Below, one piece after another: positions 1 to 13,059 of a DNA stretch of 64,000 bases. The translations under genes and the position numbers were made by a program. The notes under the pieces were generated by a model, which was not told the DNA's origin, did no database searches, and worked only from the letters and a program-made list of their open reading frames with translations. Position 1 is the first letter of the stretch. Every line of letters starts with the position of its first letter. Origin of the DNA: Girardia tigrina (Eukaryota); assembly GCA_001938485.1 (NCBI GenBank), contig MQRK01170342.1, forward strand, positions 1 through 64,000, given 5' to 3'.

Positions 1-204
1 TTCTAGAGCACTTTGGCTTGAATCAGCTTCCACATCGGCTTTCAAGGCATCATTATCCACTTTAATTTCAGGTCGACCACGCGGCTGATTGGACAGGTCA
101 AAATCCCCAGACCGAAATCACTTGAACCAGTGAGCTACTGTCGTTTGCGTAACGGCTTGAGTAGGATACACACTGTTGATATTTCCAACTGCCTGACGTG
201 TTGT
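1..204 (-). mobile_element. Mariner transposase N-terminal remnant
   Basis: Minus strand: NINSVYPTQAVTQTTVAHWFK*FRSGDFDLSNQPRGRPEIKVDNDALKADVEADSSQS (mariner HTH region), with an in-frame stop. Confidence 0.85.
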
Positions 205-876
205 NNNNNNNNNNNNNNNNNNNNNNNNNNNNNNNNNNNNNNNNNNNNNNNNNNNNNNNNNNNNNNNNNNNNNNNNNNNNNNNNNNNNNNNNNNNNNNNN
301 NNNNNNNNNNNNNNNNNNNNNNNNNNNNNNNNNNNNNNNNNNTATATCTGTCAAGAAATACCTTATTTATTTTCATACGATAGTTCAAAGTTAAGTTATA
401 CGCGATTGAAATGTAAGGTGTGAAGTTTGACCCGTTTCATATCGAACAACCTAATAGTAGAAAATATTGGTATTATTTTTACATGATTTTCTACCCGAAG
501 CCATGATTTTGATATAAATTACAATCAAAATCAATCAAATTATTCGGTGAAAATATTTTAAGTTGGACAGAATTTTTCGGTAATCTACCGTGATTCTACA
601 GGGACACAGCACTGAAACACTTAAAATGCTATCTTTACCTGACCGGTAATTTTGTTACACCAAACGGTTCGATCAGACAACTAATTTAAGTTTTGGATTT
701 GAAATATCGATCATGAATCGAGTAATTAGTTGAAAATGGCAATCGATTTTGAATCGAACTCGGGAAATATACACATTCATGTCGATTATGAAACCCCAGT
801 TCAAATGAGACTCTTAAATAATATGTAAAAAATATATTTTTTAAATCACACTTTTATTCGAACTATCAAAAACTTA

Positions 877-1316
877 GTACACAATGGCCGCAGTTGGGTG
901 CATCGAATCTCGTCCGATCTCCGAAGTTAAGCAGCCAACGGCCGCCTTAGTACTTATTTGGGTGACCGATAGAGAAATCACGGGGCCATTGACTACAGGT
1001 CAGGTCAGGCAAGCTGTCTGCTCCAGGTACCATGTAAACCTGTAATACCTGTCCCATGGTAGAATAGTTGGTGACTAAACCGGCTGCCTCACCCAGAGCA
1101 ACCTGGGTGAAGAGGTGTGTGGATAACTAGCAGGATGAAAAACAAAACCTAGCAAAGGGTGGATAAGCTCTTTGGAGCCAACGGCCATCCATACATGGAG
1201 AGGAGATATGCACCACCAGGTTCCTCGCCTACTGAGACACTCAAAAATTTGCAAACCCAAGCCAAATGCTTGCGCATAATTGAGTGCACCCATGGCCCAA
1301 AAGCTACGGTACCAAA
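877..1316 (+). mobile_element. 5S rRNA-derived SINE (SINE3-type), copy 1
   Basis: 5S-like head 877-994 (ATCTCGTCCGATCTCCGAAGTTAAGCAG, TTAGTACTT..TGGGTGACC; helix I caatggcc/ggccattg), ~320 nt body, A-rich end, TSD AAAAACTTA at 868-876 and 1317-1325; second copy at 19.7 kb. Confidence 0.85.
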
Positions 1317-1424
1317 AAAAACTTAAATAAAATAAATATCACTTTTTTAAGTGAACACATTTTTTACATGTATAAAAAAGAATAAAATATTTTTTTACAC
1401 AAGAAACTAATATGAATTCATATA

Positions 1425-1724
1425 TATGAGGCGCATTTCAAATATAATAGTCACTTTGGCCAAAAACGACCTAAATGGTTCCTTTACACTCTTTACAATT
1501 GAAATACTTGAGGTAACTCATAAATTATACAACATGCTTTCATGTTCTAGTAGTGATCCTGCTATTATTATAGTATCAGAAACTATATGACCTCTATCAC
1601 CTAAATTTATATCATGATTATAAGATCAACTGCTAGTGTTTAAAAACATAACAGGAGTGGTTTATTGCACATTACGATCTTTATAAAGATGCCACCTTAA
1701 GTAAATCAAGTAAATGCGCCCCTG
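1425..1724. mobile_element. Possible Tc1/mariner-type MITE
   Basis: Imperfect terminal IR GAGGCGCATTT / AAATGCGCCCCTG next to a TA run. Confidence 0.35.
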
Positions 1725-2794
1725 TGTTTAGTTATAAACAAAATAAATTCCTGTTGTTTTCCTGTACATGATAAAAATTATTTTATTCTTTGTTTAGTCC
1801 ATACAAAAAAAATGTGAACTGAAACTTTTTAATACTTATTTTATTCATAATTTATTGATAATTTTTAAATGTTCTATATTTTGTAAATTGTATGATGTTT
1901 CAAAGTGGTGACTCTCTACTCCGATGGAGAATAACTTGTTTTAATACTTTTTTAATTTTTGAAGCAAAAGAAAAAAAAACAATTTTCAAAATCCAACAAT
2001 GAAAATAAATAACGAAATATTTATTATCTTAGTTGTGCTAATTGAATGTAACAATTTTAAATTCAAAACAAGAGTCAAAAATAACCAACGGGTTGTGGTC
2101 AAAAAAGGTGTCCAAATTCTTTTTCAGGCTCAAAGTAAAAACAATGATAATATCTTAATTGAGTCGTTTATTTTGAAAGTGACCTAAGATCATTTATACT
2201 TAATTGAGATATTTAAATTTTTAGTCCACTTCCAAGGTAACCGAATCATTTATTGAACTAAATCTGAAATTTTGTATTCTCAAAATTATAGAATTTACTC
2301 TGAATATGAGGAACGTAAAATGCTTTATTGATAAATAAATTGAGATCGTAAGTGTAACAGGAACGGGTCAATTGATTAAACGGAGAAATGAACTTTCTGA
2401 TTTCAAAAGTTTTGATAGTTAAATTGATAAAATTTATGAGACAAATTTTCCAAAATTATTTAATAAGAAATGTCTTAGAAATGCAAGATCAAACTTTTGT
2501 CATTTCAACATTTAATCTCGTTGGTTTATATCATTTGGTTTATATCTAGATAAAGGTATTGTTGAAAAATTTTTAAAAGAATAAATAATATTTTCATTTT
2601 TAATACATTTTTTTCAATTTTTTAAATAGTGAAACTTCATAAAATCTTACAAAAAATGTTTTAAAAACCCTTACTTATGTAGTGAAGGTTCTTTCAGAAA
2701 TTTATTGTTTAAATAAATAACAACATCAAAAAGGATCATCGGTATTTTTGTTTACAAATTTTATCAAAAAAAACGTAAAGTATTTCATTTTTAG

Positions 2795-2930
2795 AATTTT
2801 ACAGCGCAACAGTTAAAATTAGATTTTTCAATATTACAAATGGTTTTACAAGTGTACAGTAGCAGCCTCCTGATTTCTGGGGCCAACAACGTCGACGTAA
2901 CATCCTGGATATTATTGGCTCATAAAGGAG
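2795..2930 (+). CDS. POMGNT1: POMGNT1-like exon A (stem domain)
   Basis: ttttag|...|gtaata; NFTAQQLKL...TSWILLAHKG resembles POMGNT1 DEGSFHLK...DTWAFVGRKG; 136 nt, phase 0->1. Confidence 0.75.
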
Positions 2931-4062
2931 GTAATAAATTAAGTTTTATTTATATTTATTTTTACATCAAGATTAATGGACATATGATTGTTTCATACCT
3001 TATTTTGTCAAATATTGACATATTAATTAGGCAAATATATTAAAAAATATTTTATTGTTTCATTGTTATAAATTATTTTATTTTTTCAATGATTAAATCA
3101 TATTTGCTTAATAATTTAAAATTATTTTAAATATATAAGTGTAAATGTTAAGAGAACGTCCACATTGATAATAATTATTATTGGACACACAAATTGCATC
3201 ATTCTTGGGACAATCCATAGTTGAGCTTTCAGTCATTGAAATTGAAAAGATTAGATTAATAATTTTATCTGATTATCCGAATTAATTTTTTAAGTCTGAA
3301 AATATTTACCATAATGCTTTCGGTTAAAAGAAATACATAGTTATTATTTAATATAGTAATTCGACTCATTTATTTAGAAATTTAAAATAAAATTGATCGT
3401 ATCATTCAAAATTTACAATGATTTAAAACTACAAATATATTTAAACATTAAATTTAAATTTAAATCAAATTAGTTTCTGATTATAAGTGTAAAAGAGATA
3501 ACTGAACCAATTAAAGTTCAATGAACTCTTTTAACGTCTAATAGGGGTAAATAAGATTATAAGAAATAAATTTTAATATAACGAACTATATAATAAAATA
3601 TAATATCAACAAGCAGATATACATACAGAAAGAATAATGACTTTGAATATCAACAAGTTCTACGTAACTTTATTGTAACGTCGGATGATCGGTATTACAG
3701 CTGAAATTGTTCAATCCAACTGGAGAGATATTGTTGATTTTGATGAATTTGTATTGTTAATATTGAAGAAATGCCGATGGCAGTGGGATGAGATTTGATG
3801 AATCGAGATCGGAAATATAGGTTTTTTGAATTGTATATATCACAAGAAATGTATTAAAATCCACTATTTGATGTTTTTATATTTCCATGGTAAACATCCT
3901 TTGGAAACTGAGATAAATGGGAAAATTGATTAACCAACAGAAAAAAATTCCGAACGAAATTTTTTACAAATTTCATTCATTAATCGATAATTATTAATTA
4001 ATTATTTATATATATATACATATTAAACAAAATTAACACCATTTTAATTTTAAATTTTTATT

Positions 4063-4102
4063 CGAAAACATGTTTCGCCACTTTTGTGGCATCTTCAGTT
4101 CT
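4063..4102 (-). ncRNA. Minimal hammerhead ribozyme motif
   Basis: gaa-CUGAAGA-u-gccac aaaa guggc-GAAAC-AU-GUU-uuc: 3-bp stem I, 5-bp stem II, palindromic stem III. Confidence 0.75.
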
Positions 4103-4360
4103 GTATTTAATTAGAACTCTAATTAGAACTATTTAATTTGGAACTCAAAGGAGGGTATTTGATAATGATTTTCGGGTTTTGATTAGTAACTTTGATCACA
4201 ATTATGAAAGGACAATTACTGAAGTACTCTTGATAAAGTTTCTTAAACCTAGTCTAAATGTGCAAAGTGATTCGTCTAATCATATTAGAGTATTTTGACG
4301 TAACACACTGTGACGTAATGGTCATCTTTCTATATAAACAATAACATTCTAATTAAATAC

Positions 4361-4400
4361 AGAACTGAAGATGCCACAAAAGTGGAGAAACATGTTTTCG
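4361..4400 (+). ncRNA. Minimal hammerhead ribozyme motif (stem II closing pair mutated)
   Basis: Same motif as 4063-4102 but gugga instead of guggc before GAAA. Confidence 0.6.
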
Positions 4401-4989
4401 AAAAAAAATTTAAAATTAAAATGGTGTTATTTTTGTTTAATGACTAAATTACCATTTGATTTAAAGAAATTAAATATATACATATATATATTTAATTTTA
4501 AAATATATCCGTGACTTTAGGTCACTACATTAAATATTAAAATATTAAATAATCATCTGGGTAGGAGAGACACATTTCCATATACAACATTCAAGCACAT
4601 CAAACATTCTTCATAGCAAAAATTAGCGTTGCAAGTAAAGGATATGGGGAAACACTTGCCCCATACCTGGTAAATAAGGAAATTTCTAATTTACTTCCTG
4701 TTCTTTAATTAATCATAAATATAATAGTTTTATATTATAATATTATATTTTATTCTTTCACTCCTTTTTTGAACAAAGTTTTGCTTTTTGATGAATTTTA
4801 ATTTATGTGTTTTTTGTTATATATTTATATAATATAAATAAATTAAAATTGCAAACAAACGTATACGATGATTTGATGATGTAAGAATGTTCAGTTATAG
4901 CTGTCTAGGTTAGAGTTAGTACAACTGTGGAAAGCATTTTTAAGCTCTTTATATAAATACAAAAAACTAGTAAATGACCTTGAAAAATT

Positions 4990-5580
4990 TTTAATTCAAA
5001 GATTTGGTGCAGAACCAGTTAAGAAAGAAAAGAGATACAACTTCCCAAATGGATCCCATAAAAGACCTGATATTCAAGTCTTCTACAGAGACAATCGGGT
5101 TTGGATCATCGAAGTTAAATGCTCTTTTAATACCGAAAGAACTTTTGAAGCAAAACATCAAGAACCCAGCTCTCAGTATCTTGACGTCAAAGCCAACCTT
5201 GAAAATTAATTTTTCTAAACAGTAACCATCTTCCTTTTTGTCGTAGATACCCTTGGTCGATGGCACAAATGTAACAACAAACAGTTAAAAAAATAGATTG
5301 GTAAAAAGAAGATGTACCTCAATATCCAACCAGAGTGACCGAGCGAAATATTTAACTATGCACCAAACACTATCAAGACTTCATGCGTCACGTCACTATA
5401 GATGAAATAAATCGCGATTGCCCTGCTCAACACAGAAGTAGTCAAAAAGCTCTAACTATCCCTACCTTCAATATCGCATAGTTCCTCATTGTGAGCAAAT
5501 GAGGATAGATTTAGCTTGGTATTAGATATCTTTTTGATGACTCTTGTCGTGACTTAGTGACAACCAACAGGTGCGATTAA
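4990..5580 (+). mobile_element. 3' remnant of an RLE-type non-LTR retrotransposon (R2/R4/NeSL group)
   Basis: + frame HKRPDIQVFYRDNRVWIIEVKCSF...QYLDVKANL...FVVDTLGRWHKCNNKQL is the PD-(D/E)xK restriction-like endonuclease signature, with stops. Confidence 0.8.
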
Positions 5581-7316
5581 ATTAAATTAACATTTTTCCT
5601 CATTTGCTATTTAAATAAATACTCAAAAATTTCTTCCGCAAAAATAAAACTGTTATTTTACTGAATCTTACTTCTTAACTTTAGATAAAGATTTAATATT
5701 TGGAAATAATTGACATTTTCAAAAATAATTTAAAAAATTTTATTTAAATTAATTTGTTTCATAATATTTATAAAACAATACAAATTAATAAAAAATGATT
5801 ATTTAATAATAATAATAAAATACAATTAATTTAAATAATATTAGTGAATAAGGACAATTTTTATTTAATTAAAGATTTTAAGTATTGGTGCGGGTTTGTT
5901 TTGCTCATTTGGAATGTTTATTAATGTATATTAGTGTCTTTTTATCTTTCTTTTTAATCTTTTCTTTTTAATCTTTTTATCTGTCTTTTCTCAAATCATA
6001 AAAATTATTTCTCACTCTTAGATTTATAATTTTCTTGAAGTAACTTGTTTTATGAAGATTATTAAATAATCAGTTTCTAAAACACTTTCATTTTATGTCA
6101 AACGGCCAACAACATTTCTAAGGCAGTCAGATTCTACTTGAGTGCATACAAGGGCGTCTTCTTAATTCCTACATTTACTTTAGTCCGCAGAATCTCACTA
6201 TTTTTAATTAAAATGTATTTTTCGATAAGTAAAAATTAAATAAACAAATTTTGTAAAGCATAATATTTATTAATTAATAATAAATTGAAAACTATTAATC
6301 TTAGAACTTCTAGTTGTACTTTAATGTTTATTAAATAAAATGCAAAAATATTATCGTATAATACTTGAACAAATTCTTTTGTATTATTAAACCAAGTTAT
6401 TTACATAGTAACTTTAATTTATCGAAAATGGCGCCTCTAATTTCCTTAAAAATAATCTCTCCTCGGAGAATTTAAACTTGAATATTGGTTGTAGTTAAAT
6501 TAAAAATCTTTTTAAAATCTTTACATAAAATCAACGTTTCTTAATCTAGGATCACATCTGACCTTTAAAGGGTACTTATAATGGTATGTCTCTAGCTATT
6601 TTGGATATAAATTCAAGTAAATGAAAGCATAAAAATAGATGTTAATATCTGACGTGGAAAAACATTTATCATTACTGTGAGGGATAATTGTGAATGTTGT
6701 AAGTTTGTTGTTCGTATGCTTTTTTGATTTGTAACTCTCCTACTAAGATGGGATTGATATGCTTATTGATTGATTATTTGAATCTAATGAAATTAATTTA
6801 ATGAGATTAATTTTAAGTATTAATTAATTAAAAGTTTTATAATAAATTTTAATAATATTTTTAGGAAACAATTTTAACTTATTGAATTTAATATATTTTA
6901 AAAAACTAATGTTTATTTAAAAATTACTTAATGCATTTTTGTCCAATAAAAGTTTGAGAAATTAAAAGTGAATATTATTCTTATCTCATTAATTAATTTA
7001 AAGATTTGAATATAGCTACAAAAACATATTAATCAAGAACGATGCTTCCCGCAGAAATTGTGATGTTGCTTATAAAATTATTTATTCTTATTAATGACAT
7101 TTATGGACCACTAAATAAAAGTGAAGGGCAGTGATTTATAATTTTGCCAAAAAATTTTGAAACATCTTTAATACTCAATTTTTTTTAAAAACTTTTATCA
7201 ATAATTTTTCAAAAATATTTAATAAGTATAATTAAGACTCAAAAATTACACACACATATATATATGTATGATTTTTGAGTCTTATTAATGCTTATTAAAT
7301 ATGTTTAATATATATA

Positions 7317-7494
7317 CAGTGAAAACCGCTTATAGTGGCCACCACATGTGCGCACTGTATTTGCTGCAACTTTTAATAAATGCTCTGGCGCTGACTTTGA
7401 CTTAAAAAAAAAAAGAACTTGGGATATAATGGCCAGCCGGTTATATTGACCGAATCTGACTGGACAAATGTGCCACTATAAGCGACTTTCACTG
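7317..7494. mobile_element. pogo/Tigger-like MITE
   Basis: TIR CAGTGAAAACCGCTTATAGTGGC / GCCACTATAAGCGACTTTCACTG with TA flanks. Confidence 0.85.
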
Positions 7495-7539
7495 TATATA
7501 TATATATATATATCAATATTATTAAGTTATTATCAACGA

Positions 7540-7720
7540 CTGAAAGGTCAATTTTTCCATTTTTTTATTAGCTTGCTTTCTATACATGCATCCATGGAAT
7601 TCAGAAACCTATTTTAGAAGACTCTTTACTCAATCAATTTTCTCCCATCTTTGCGCACTTACTCATTCTCGGTGACAATAAATGATTATGTGAAAATTCG
7701 ATGAAACTGGTAAATCGAAG
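7540..7720 (+). repeat. Dispersed repeat family X, copy 1 (others at 17.5 and 42.6 kb)
   Basis: Shared ATCCATGGAATT.AGAAACCTATTTT...CTCAATCAATTTTCT...ACTTACTCATT. Confidence 0.85.
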
Positions 7721-7904
7721 AAACTTTTCCCTTCTACAAAAGATAACAAAAAATTCTGCAGGCCAAGTAGAGTTCTGTCCACATAAAGAACCGTTATAAT
7801 TTTTTTTATTTACTTGTTTTTAAATAGAAAATTATGTGCAATAAATATATTTTTTATTAAATTAATTTACTGTTATTTATATTTATATATTCTTTTAATT
7901 GAAG

Positions 7905-7997
7905 TTGGAAAAATATCAGAGTTGTATCAAGGAAGAAATCCAAAGTACTCGAACCAATGTCTACAAATGTCCAAATCAGTCAGTTTATCTGAAGAAA
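7905..7997 (+). CDS. POMGNT1: POMGNT1-like exon B
   Basis: gaag|...|gtgaga; VGKISELYQGRNPKYSNQCLQMSKSVSLSEE resembles GPVFGEKHSKSP...DVPLSSAEE; 93 nt, phase 1->1. Confidence 0.75.
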
Positions 7998-9379
7998 GTG
8001 AGACAATTATGGTTTTAATTAACTAAATTTTGTAAAACAAGACGTTTCAGCAAATGTATTTTTTCACCCTCAAATATTTTAATATTTAGAATAATGTTTA
8101 CTAAAATTTCTTTTATTTTTCGTAAGTGCCAATCTATAATGCATAAACGTTAATGCATAATTTTCGTTACTTATAATAATTATGCATTAAAAAAACTATG
8201 ACAATTTGTAATAATTACAAAATATTGAACACCATTTTTCAAAATTTAATGTAATTCATGAGTGATCAAAGTACGAGTTGGGAATTTTCCAATTTGATTA
8301 ATCTGTTCAACGGATTTCGTTGAGTAAAACAATACAAAACAGTACAAATATCATCTACAAGTATATTCATTATCAAGATCAGAACAGAGACCGAAACGTG
8401 TCGGAGACATCTTGGTGAGCATAACATGAATTGTATTTTATTGGAATTATTTTTGATAGAATTGATGATTTAAAATGTTAGAAGAAAATCAAAGAAAATG
8501 ATTTTTAAAGTTTGGAAAATTGATTAAAAAAATATTTGGAGAGAGTAACTTAATGTCTTATTGATAAAATCAATGGATCCGAAAATTTATATTCAAGCTT
8601 CAACTATTTAAAACTCAACTTTTTTAAACCCTAATGATATATAAACTTCAAAAACAAGGGTTATTTTAGTGTGAAGATGATGGACAATCCACTGAAATCA
8701 ATTACAATAAATTTTGAAAAATGATATTCAATATTTTTTATAAATAAAAAAGAAAAGATAATCTTAAATTAATAAAATAAAACACAAATATTATAAAGCT
8801 TTTAAGACAGTTAATGTTTAAAATTACAAGGAAATTCTTTCAAGGGGACAAATTAACTACCAATTTATTATGTTTACCCCATTGACAAAGATAAATAAAA
8901 ATTTGTTTTAAGTAAATATTCTTTTCATTTTGTTTTAACTGAATTTCTAATTGTAAATAATTTTACTCAGAGAATTTTAAACAAATCTTTAGTAAAAGGA
9001 TATACATAAAGTTGTATCCTGTTTCTAGGAACATTTAATGTTTTCAGTAATATAATAGGAAATACCTAAAAAGATACAATTGTTTCATAATCTTACATTT
9101 TGTTTTTACAATAAAATTTCGTAAGTAAATAGTTAATTTGTAGACAAATTTAACATTTAATTAAAAATAAAAAAACTATTTCTATAAATAAAATTTTATT
9201 TATTATATTTTCAAATTTAAATTATTAATAGTTAATAATTTAATCAAACATGATTAATTACAAATCGGTTTATGAAAAAAAGGTTTTCCAAATTAATTAA
9301 CCGTAAATTAAATTCTAATTAATATAATATTTATGCTAGTGTTTATTTGTCTTGAAAGAAAAACGTTAAATAGATTTTA

Positions 9380-10010
9380 CAGGGTGGTCCTGAATTATAG
9401 CAACTCAATATATTGTTGATCAAGCCAAAACGTGTTATGATACTAACAAAAATTGATTAAATGAACAAAATTTATTGGTCATAAAACAAAAATAACTTTT
9501 AACCTCCAAAGTAAGAACCATCAACAATAATACATGATTTAAGATGTTTGGGGATTGCGTTGACCGTGCGGACCAAGTAGTGGGCATCGAGCTCTTTACA
9601 CGCCTTTTTAAGAGATTTCTTCAAAGCGTTGATATTTAAGTGCTGTTTTGAACAGACTTTAGCTTCCAGAACGGACTACACAGAATAATCAAGGTAATAT
9701 AAATCCGAGAGCTTGATGAAGATTTTGAGAACATAATAAAATCAGGCTGGTTTTGCTGGCACCAAATGTGCACTTTTGAAGCCTTCTGATCGGGTACGCA
9801 ATCTTGTTGATATGTCTACATGCGTGTTCCAAAATGAGAATTAGCCCAACAAAGAATTTGATTCTTCAAAACATTTAGATATACATCTCCGTTAATCTTT
9901 ATATCCATATCAACGAAGATCAATTGTATCTTTCCATCTGAAGTTATAGTAGCAAAGACGATGACCGACTGCGGATGAGAAACACGTTGAATTGTTGTTG
10001 TTTAGTATTT
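9380..10010 (-). mobile_element. maT/DD37D-like Tc1/mariner 3' remnant
   Basis: TA-CAGGGTGGTCC end; minus strand HPQSVIVFATITSDGK..KINGDVYL..YQQD..SSSSDL..LDYSV*SVLEAKVC. Confidence 0.82.
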
Positions 10011-10582
10011 ATTTGTTGTAAACTCGATTAATTTGTCGATTCAAATATTCTTCTAGTATAAATGATCTTCTTGTCTGAGAAAAAGATTTTCAAATGTTAA
10101 CAAATAATTGTTCGAACAAATTTTCATTTAAAACTATTTTTAGATTTTTTTTCAAAATTCTACTTTTATAATTTTATCTAAAATTTTTTTTAATTTAAAA
10201 ATATATTCGTCAGCACAAATCTTTATATGAAGAAAATATTCATGAGCAAAAATAAAATAAAGTAATCTCAAACATTTGAAAATTAAGTAAACAATCTTTA
10301 AACAGTGATTAGAAAATCACTATTGAAATTAATCTATAATGATCCTTGCTCTGATTGGTCAACTAATCAGAGTGAGTCTATTGAATCAATCATTCGATAA
10401 GTCTCGCATTTGATACTAATACATATACGAAAATCATGATCAATCCGATTAATTGATTTTTGACGAGTAATCAACGATAATTGTTCATTTAAAAAATAAT
10501 AAATAAATTCCAAAACAATATGACGTCATTATTTATTTTTTTGTAATCTTTTTATGTTTCAATTTATTTTCATATATATCAG

Positions 10583-10716
10583 TTGCCATTTGTCCCAATT
10601 GGCCCGATTCAGAACGAAACCGAGCAAGAAGACGCCTTTGTCGTTTAGTAGAAGGTTACAGTTCTCTCTGTTCCTGCCATTCCATAGATAACATTCCTCA
10701 TTTCAAAACAAATATC
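10583..10716 (+). CDS. POMGNT1: POMGNT1-like exon C
   Basis: atcag|...|gtaatt; ICPNWPDSERNRARRRLCRLVEGYSSLCSC resembles [28 protein letters not shown]; 134 nt, phase 1->0. Confidence 0.93.
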
Positions 10717-13059
10717 GTAATTTTATTTATATTTTTTGCAGAAAAATTATAAAAATTTGATTTATATGGTAAAAATAGCTAATAGAAGAATTTGAAAAGT
10801 ATTGCGTATTTTTAAAATTAAAATAGTTTGGTTAATATTTATAAAAATACATATCGGTTCAAATAATCCTAATCTTCAATATAACAAATAATAAAAATTA
10901 AGATATTATTAGTAATAATAATGTTATCATAATAAAAAGGACTTCAATCAATCTTTCCTTCAAATTCTAGAACTAAGATATCGTACAAGCTGAAAACTTC
11001 TTCGAATACATTTTGATAACGAATTTTCTAATTATCACTTTTGGAAAATAGTTAAAATATATGTAAATTAAATAGTAAATATAAAACGATTTTATAATAT
11101 AATATTTTATAATAAAATATTAAATCTAAATAGTTTGTGGATTAAAATTAGTGTTCCAAGATTTCAAACAAATTTTAACATGTTTTAGTAACGTTATCGA
11201 AGTTTCATGAGTGAATAGCTTGGTAAATATAATATTATAAATTCTGGTTTTATCATGAAACAAAAGATTAAATTTTTAGAAATCACTTTATGTTAATTAA
11301 AAAATATTAATTTGTTTATGAATTTTTAATAACAATAGCAATCATTCATGATTATTAATAGGGAGTGACGATGTTTCGTTGCACGATGCATCAAATAGGA
11401 TACATCGACCACATTTAAAGATGTAAGATACGAAGGTCGCTCCATAATTATTAATATCATATGTCTACGTTACCTTTTAAAGTACGAAAAATAGAGAAAA
11501 AAATCGTTTTTTGTCTAATTAAAATTGACATCTGAATGGTTTGTTCGGAAGAATTAAAGGTAACGTCTAGTAATTTTCAGTGAATTACAGTTTTAGCACA
11601 ATATCCTCTGTATATATGTCACTAGCAAATCAATAGCAACAATTTGTCTAATTATCATCCTCTCACAAATGCTTAATATAGTGCTATTGTACTAAATGCA
11701 CCGTTTTCAACTTCCCGGTAGTTTGTTGATATCTTCCTCGTCAAGCGGACGCTTGCTTCGAATGTGTATATTGTTGGATGCCCAGTACCACTAATGAAGA
11801 ATAATTGTAATCCTTCACCGAGGATACAATTGATTTCTTTAAAAATTTCTGATGTTGACAGTCTTCTCTTTCAAATGTAAAAAAACATTTTCGGAAACTT
11901 TATGGAACAAACTTCAATTTCAGTACAAATACTTACTAGTAAAACGAGATACATTCATGAGAACAATTACACATCTTCAATATCTTATAATTTACAATCC
12001 TTAGATATTTTTAAAATAGATATATTAATATAATAATAATAGAACTATTGAAGAGTGCGTTGTGGGACTCTCCTAGATTTAATTCCATAGCTTTATACTG
12101 GATATATATATATATACATATATAAATCATAAAAATGATTCTTACGATTTTATCAAAAAATAACTTTCCCAATATATTGAAACGTATTATAAAGAAATAA
12201 CAATATAATTTTTGAATAATTAGAAAATACACCTGAAAATCATTTTCTATTAAACAACGTTTTATCCCAGGGGTTCGTAATCTTTCGTTTAATCCAGATT
12301 GTATTTTTTTCGAAAACATTTCTTTAATTATAAGAGATAATAATAATTTTTAATAATACTATTAAATTTCCTTGACGTGGATTCAGACAGACAATCAGAT
12401 ATTACAGGGATTTCGTCCGTTAAAAATAATTTTCTTAATTCCAAATATTATTCTATTGTATTATGAGAAGGACAACTAAGACAGTTATTTGAAATAAAAT
12501 AATTTTATTAAAATTTATTTATTCGGGTTTCTTTCATTTAGTCTTTTTAATAAGAGTATTAGTTGGGTGTTTATAGGGTAATTATACCACTACCCAACCC
12601 AATAATGGGAAAATCTGGGTATGATCTATAATCTTGGGTAATGATCTTTAATTTTATGAAACATTTGAATAAAAATAGTGATAAAATAGGCCAAAATCGA
12701 TGGTTCGTTGATATTTTTTGATAAAAATCTATTTTCTTGGGTATCGATCTATGGTTTTCTTAAATTTTAAAAATTCATTATATTTACAAATAAAATGAGT
12801 GAAAAAATTTATTGAAAAGAAATTGAAAATATTTTTTTTGAAATGTGAAAAACTATATTTCCAGTTTGTAAGTTACAATCTTTTTCAATTTTAAAACGAT
12901 ATTTGGCTATTCGGAATTTAATTTATTTAAATATTTACTACAAAACGTTTTCAAATTTTAAAATAATATTTTGCTAATCAAAATTTCGCTAATTATTATA
13001 CTCACAAAATGTGTGTAAAAATTAATAAATAACGAATTTCTGTGAATTTGATAAAATAT

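Larger units (their letters stand above)
4022..4441 (+). mobile_element. Penelope-like element 3' remnant with inverted terminal copy
   Basis: ~95-bp inverted arms (4022-4116 / 4347-4441) flank a GIY-YIG C-terminus (NDFRVLISNFDHNYERTITEVLLIKFLKPSLNVQ...RVF*); each arm holds a hammerhead core. Confidence 0.88.

Noticed and set aside
877-994. Functional 5S rRNA gene
   Set aside because: No T-run terminator after the head; it runs into a shared body with a TSD, so it is a SINE
2230-2774. Possible upstream POMGNT1-like exons (RIYSEYEE; GSSVFLFT) with a 20-nt intron at 2775-2794
   Set aside because: In-frame stops at 2254 and 2718 and no suitable acceptor; the resemblance may be chance
11690-11900. 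Possible mariner C-terminus (DINKLPGS*KRCI)
   Set aside because: Single weak motif and no TIR found
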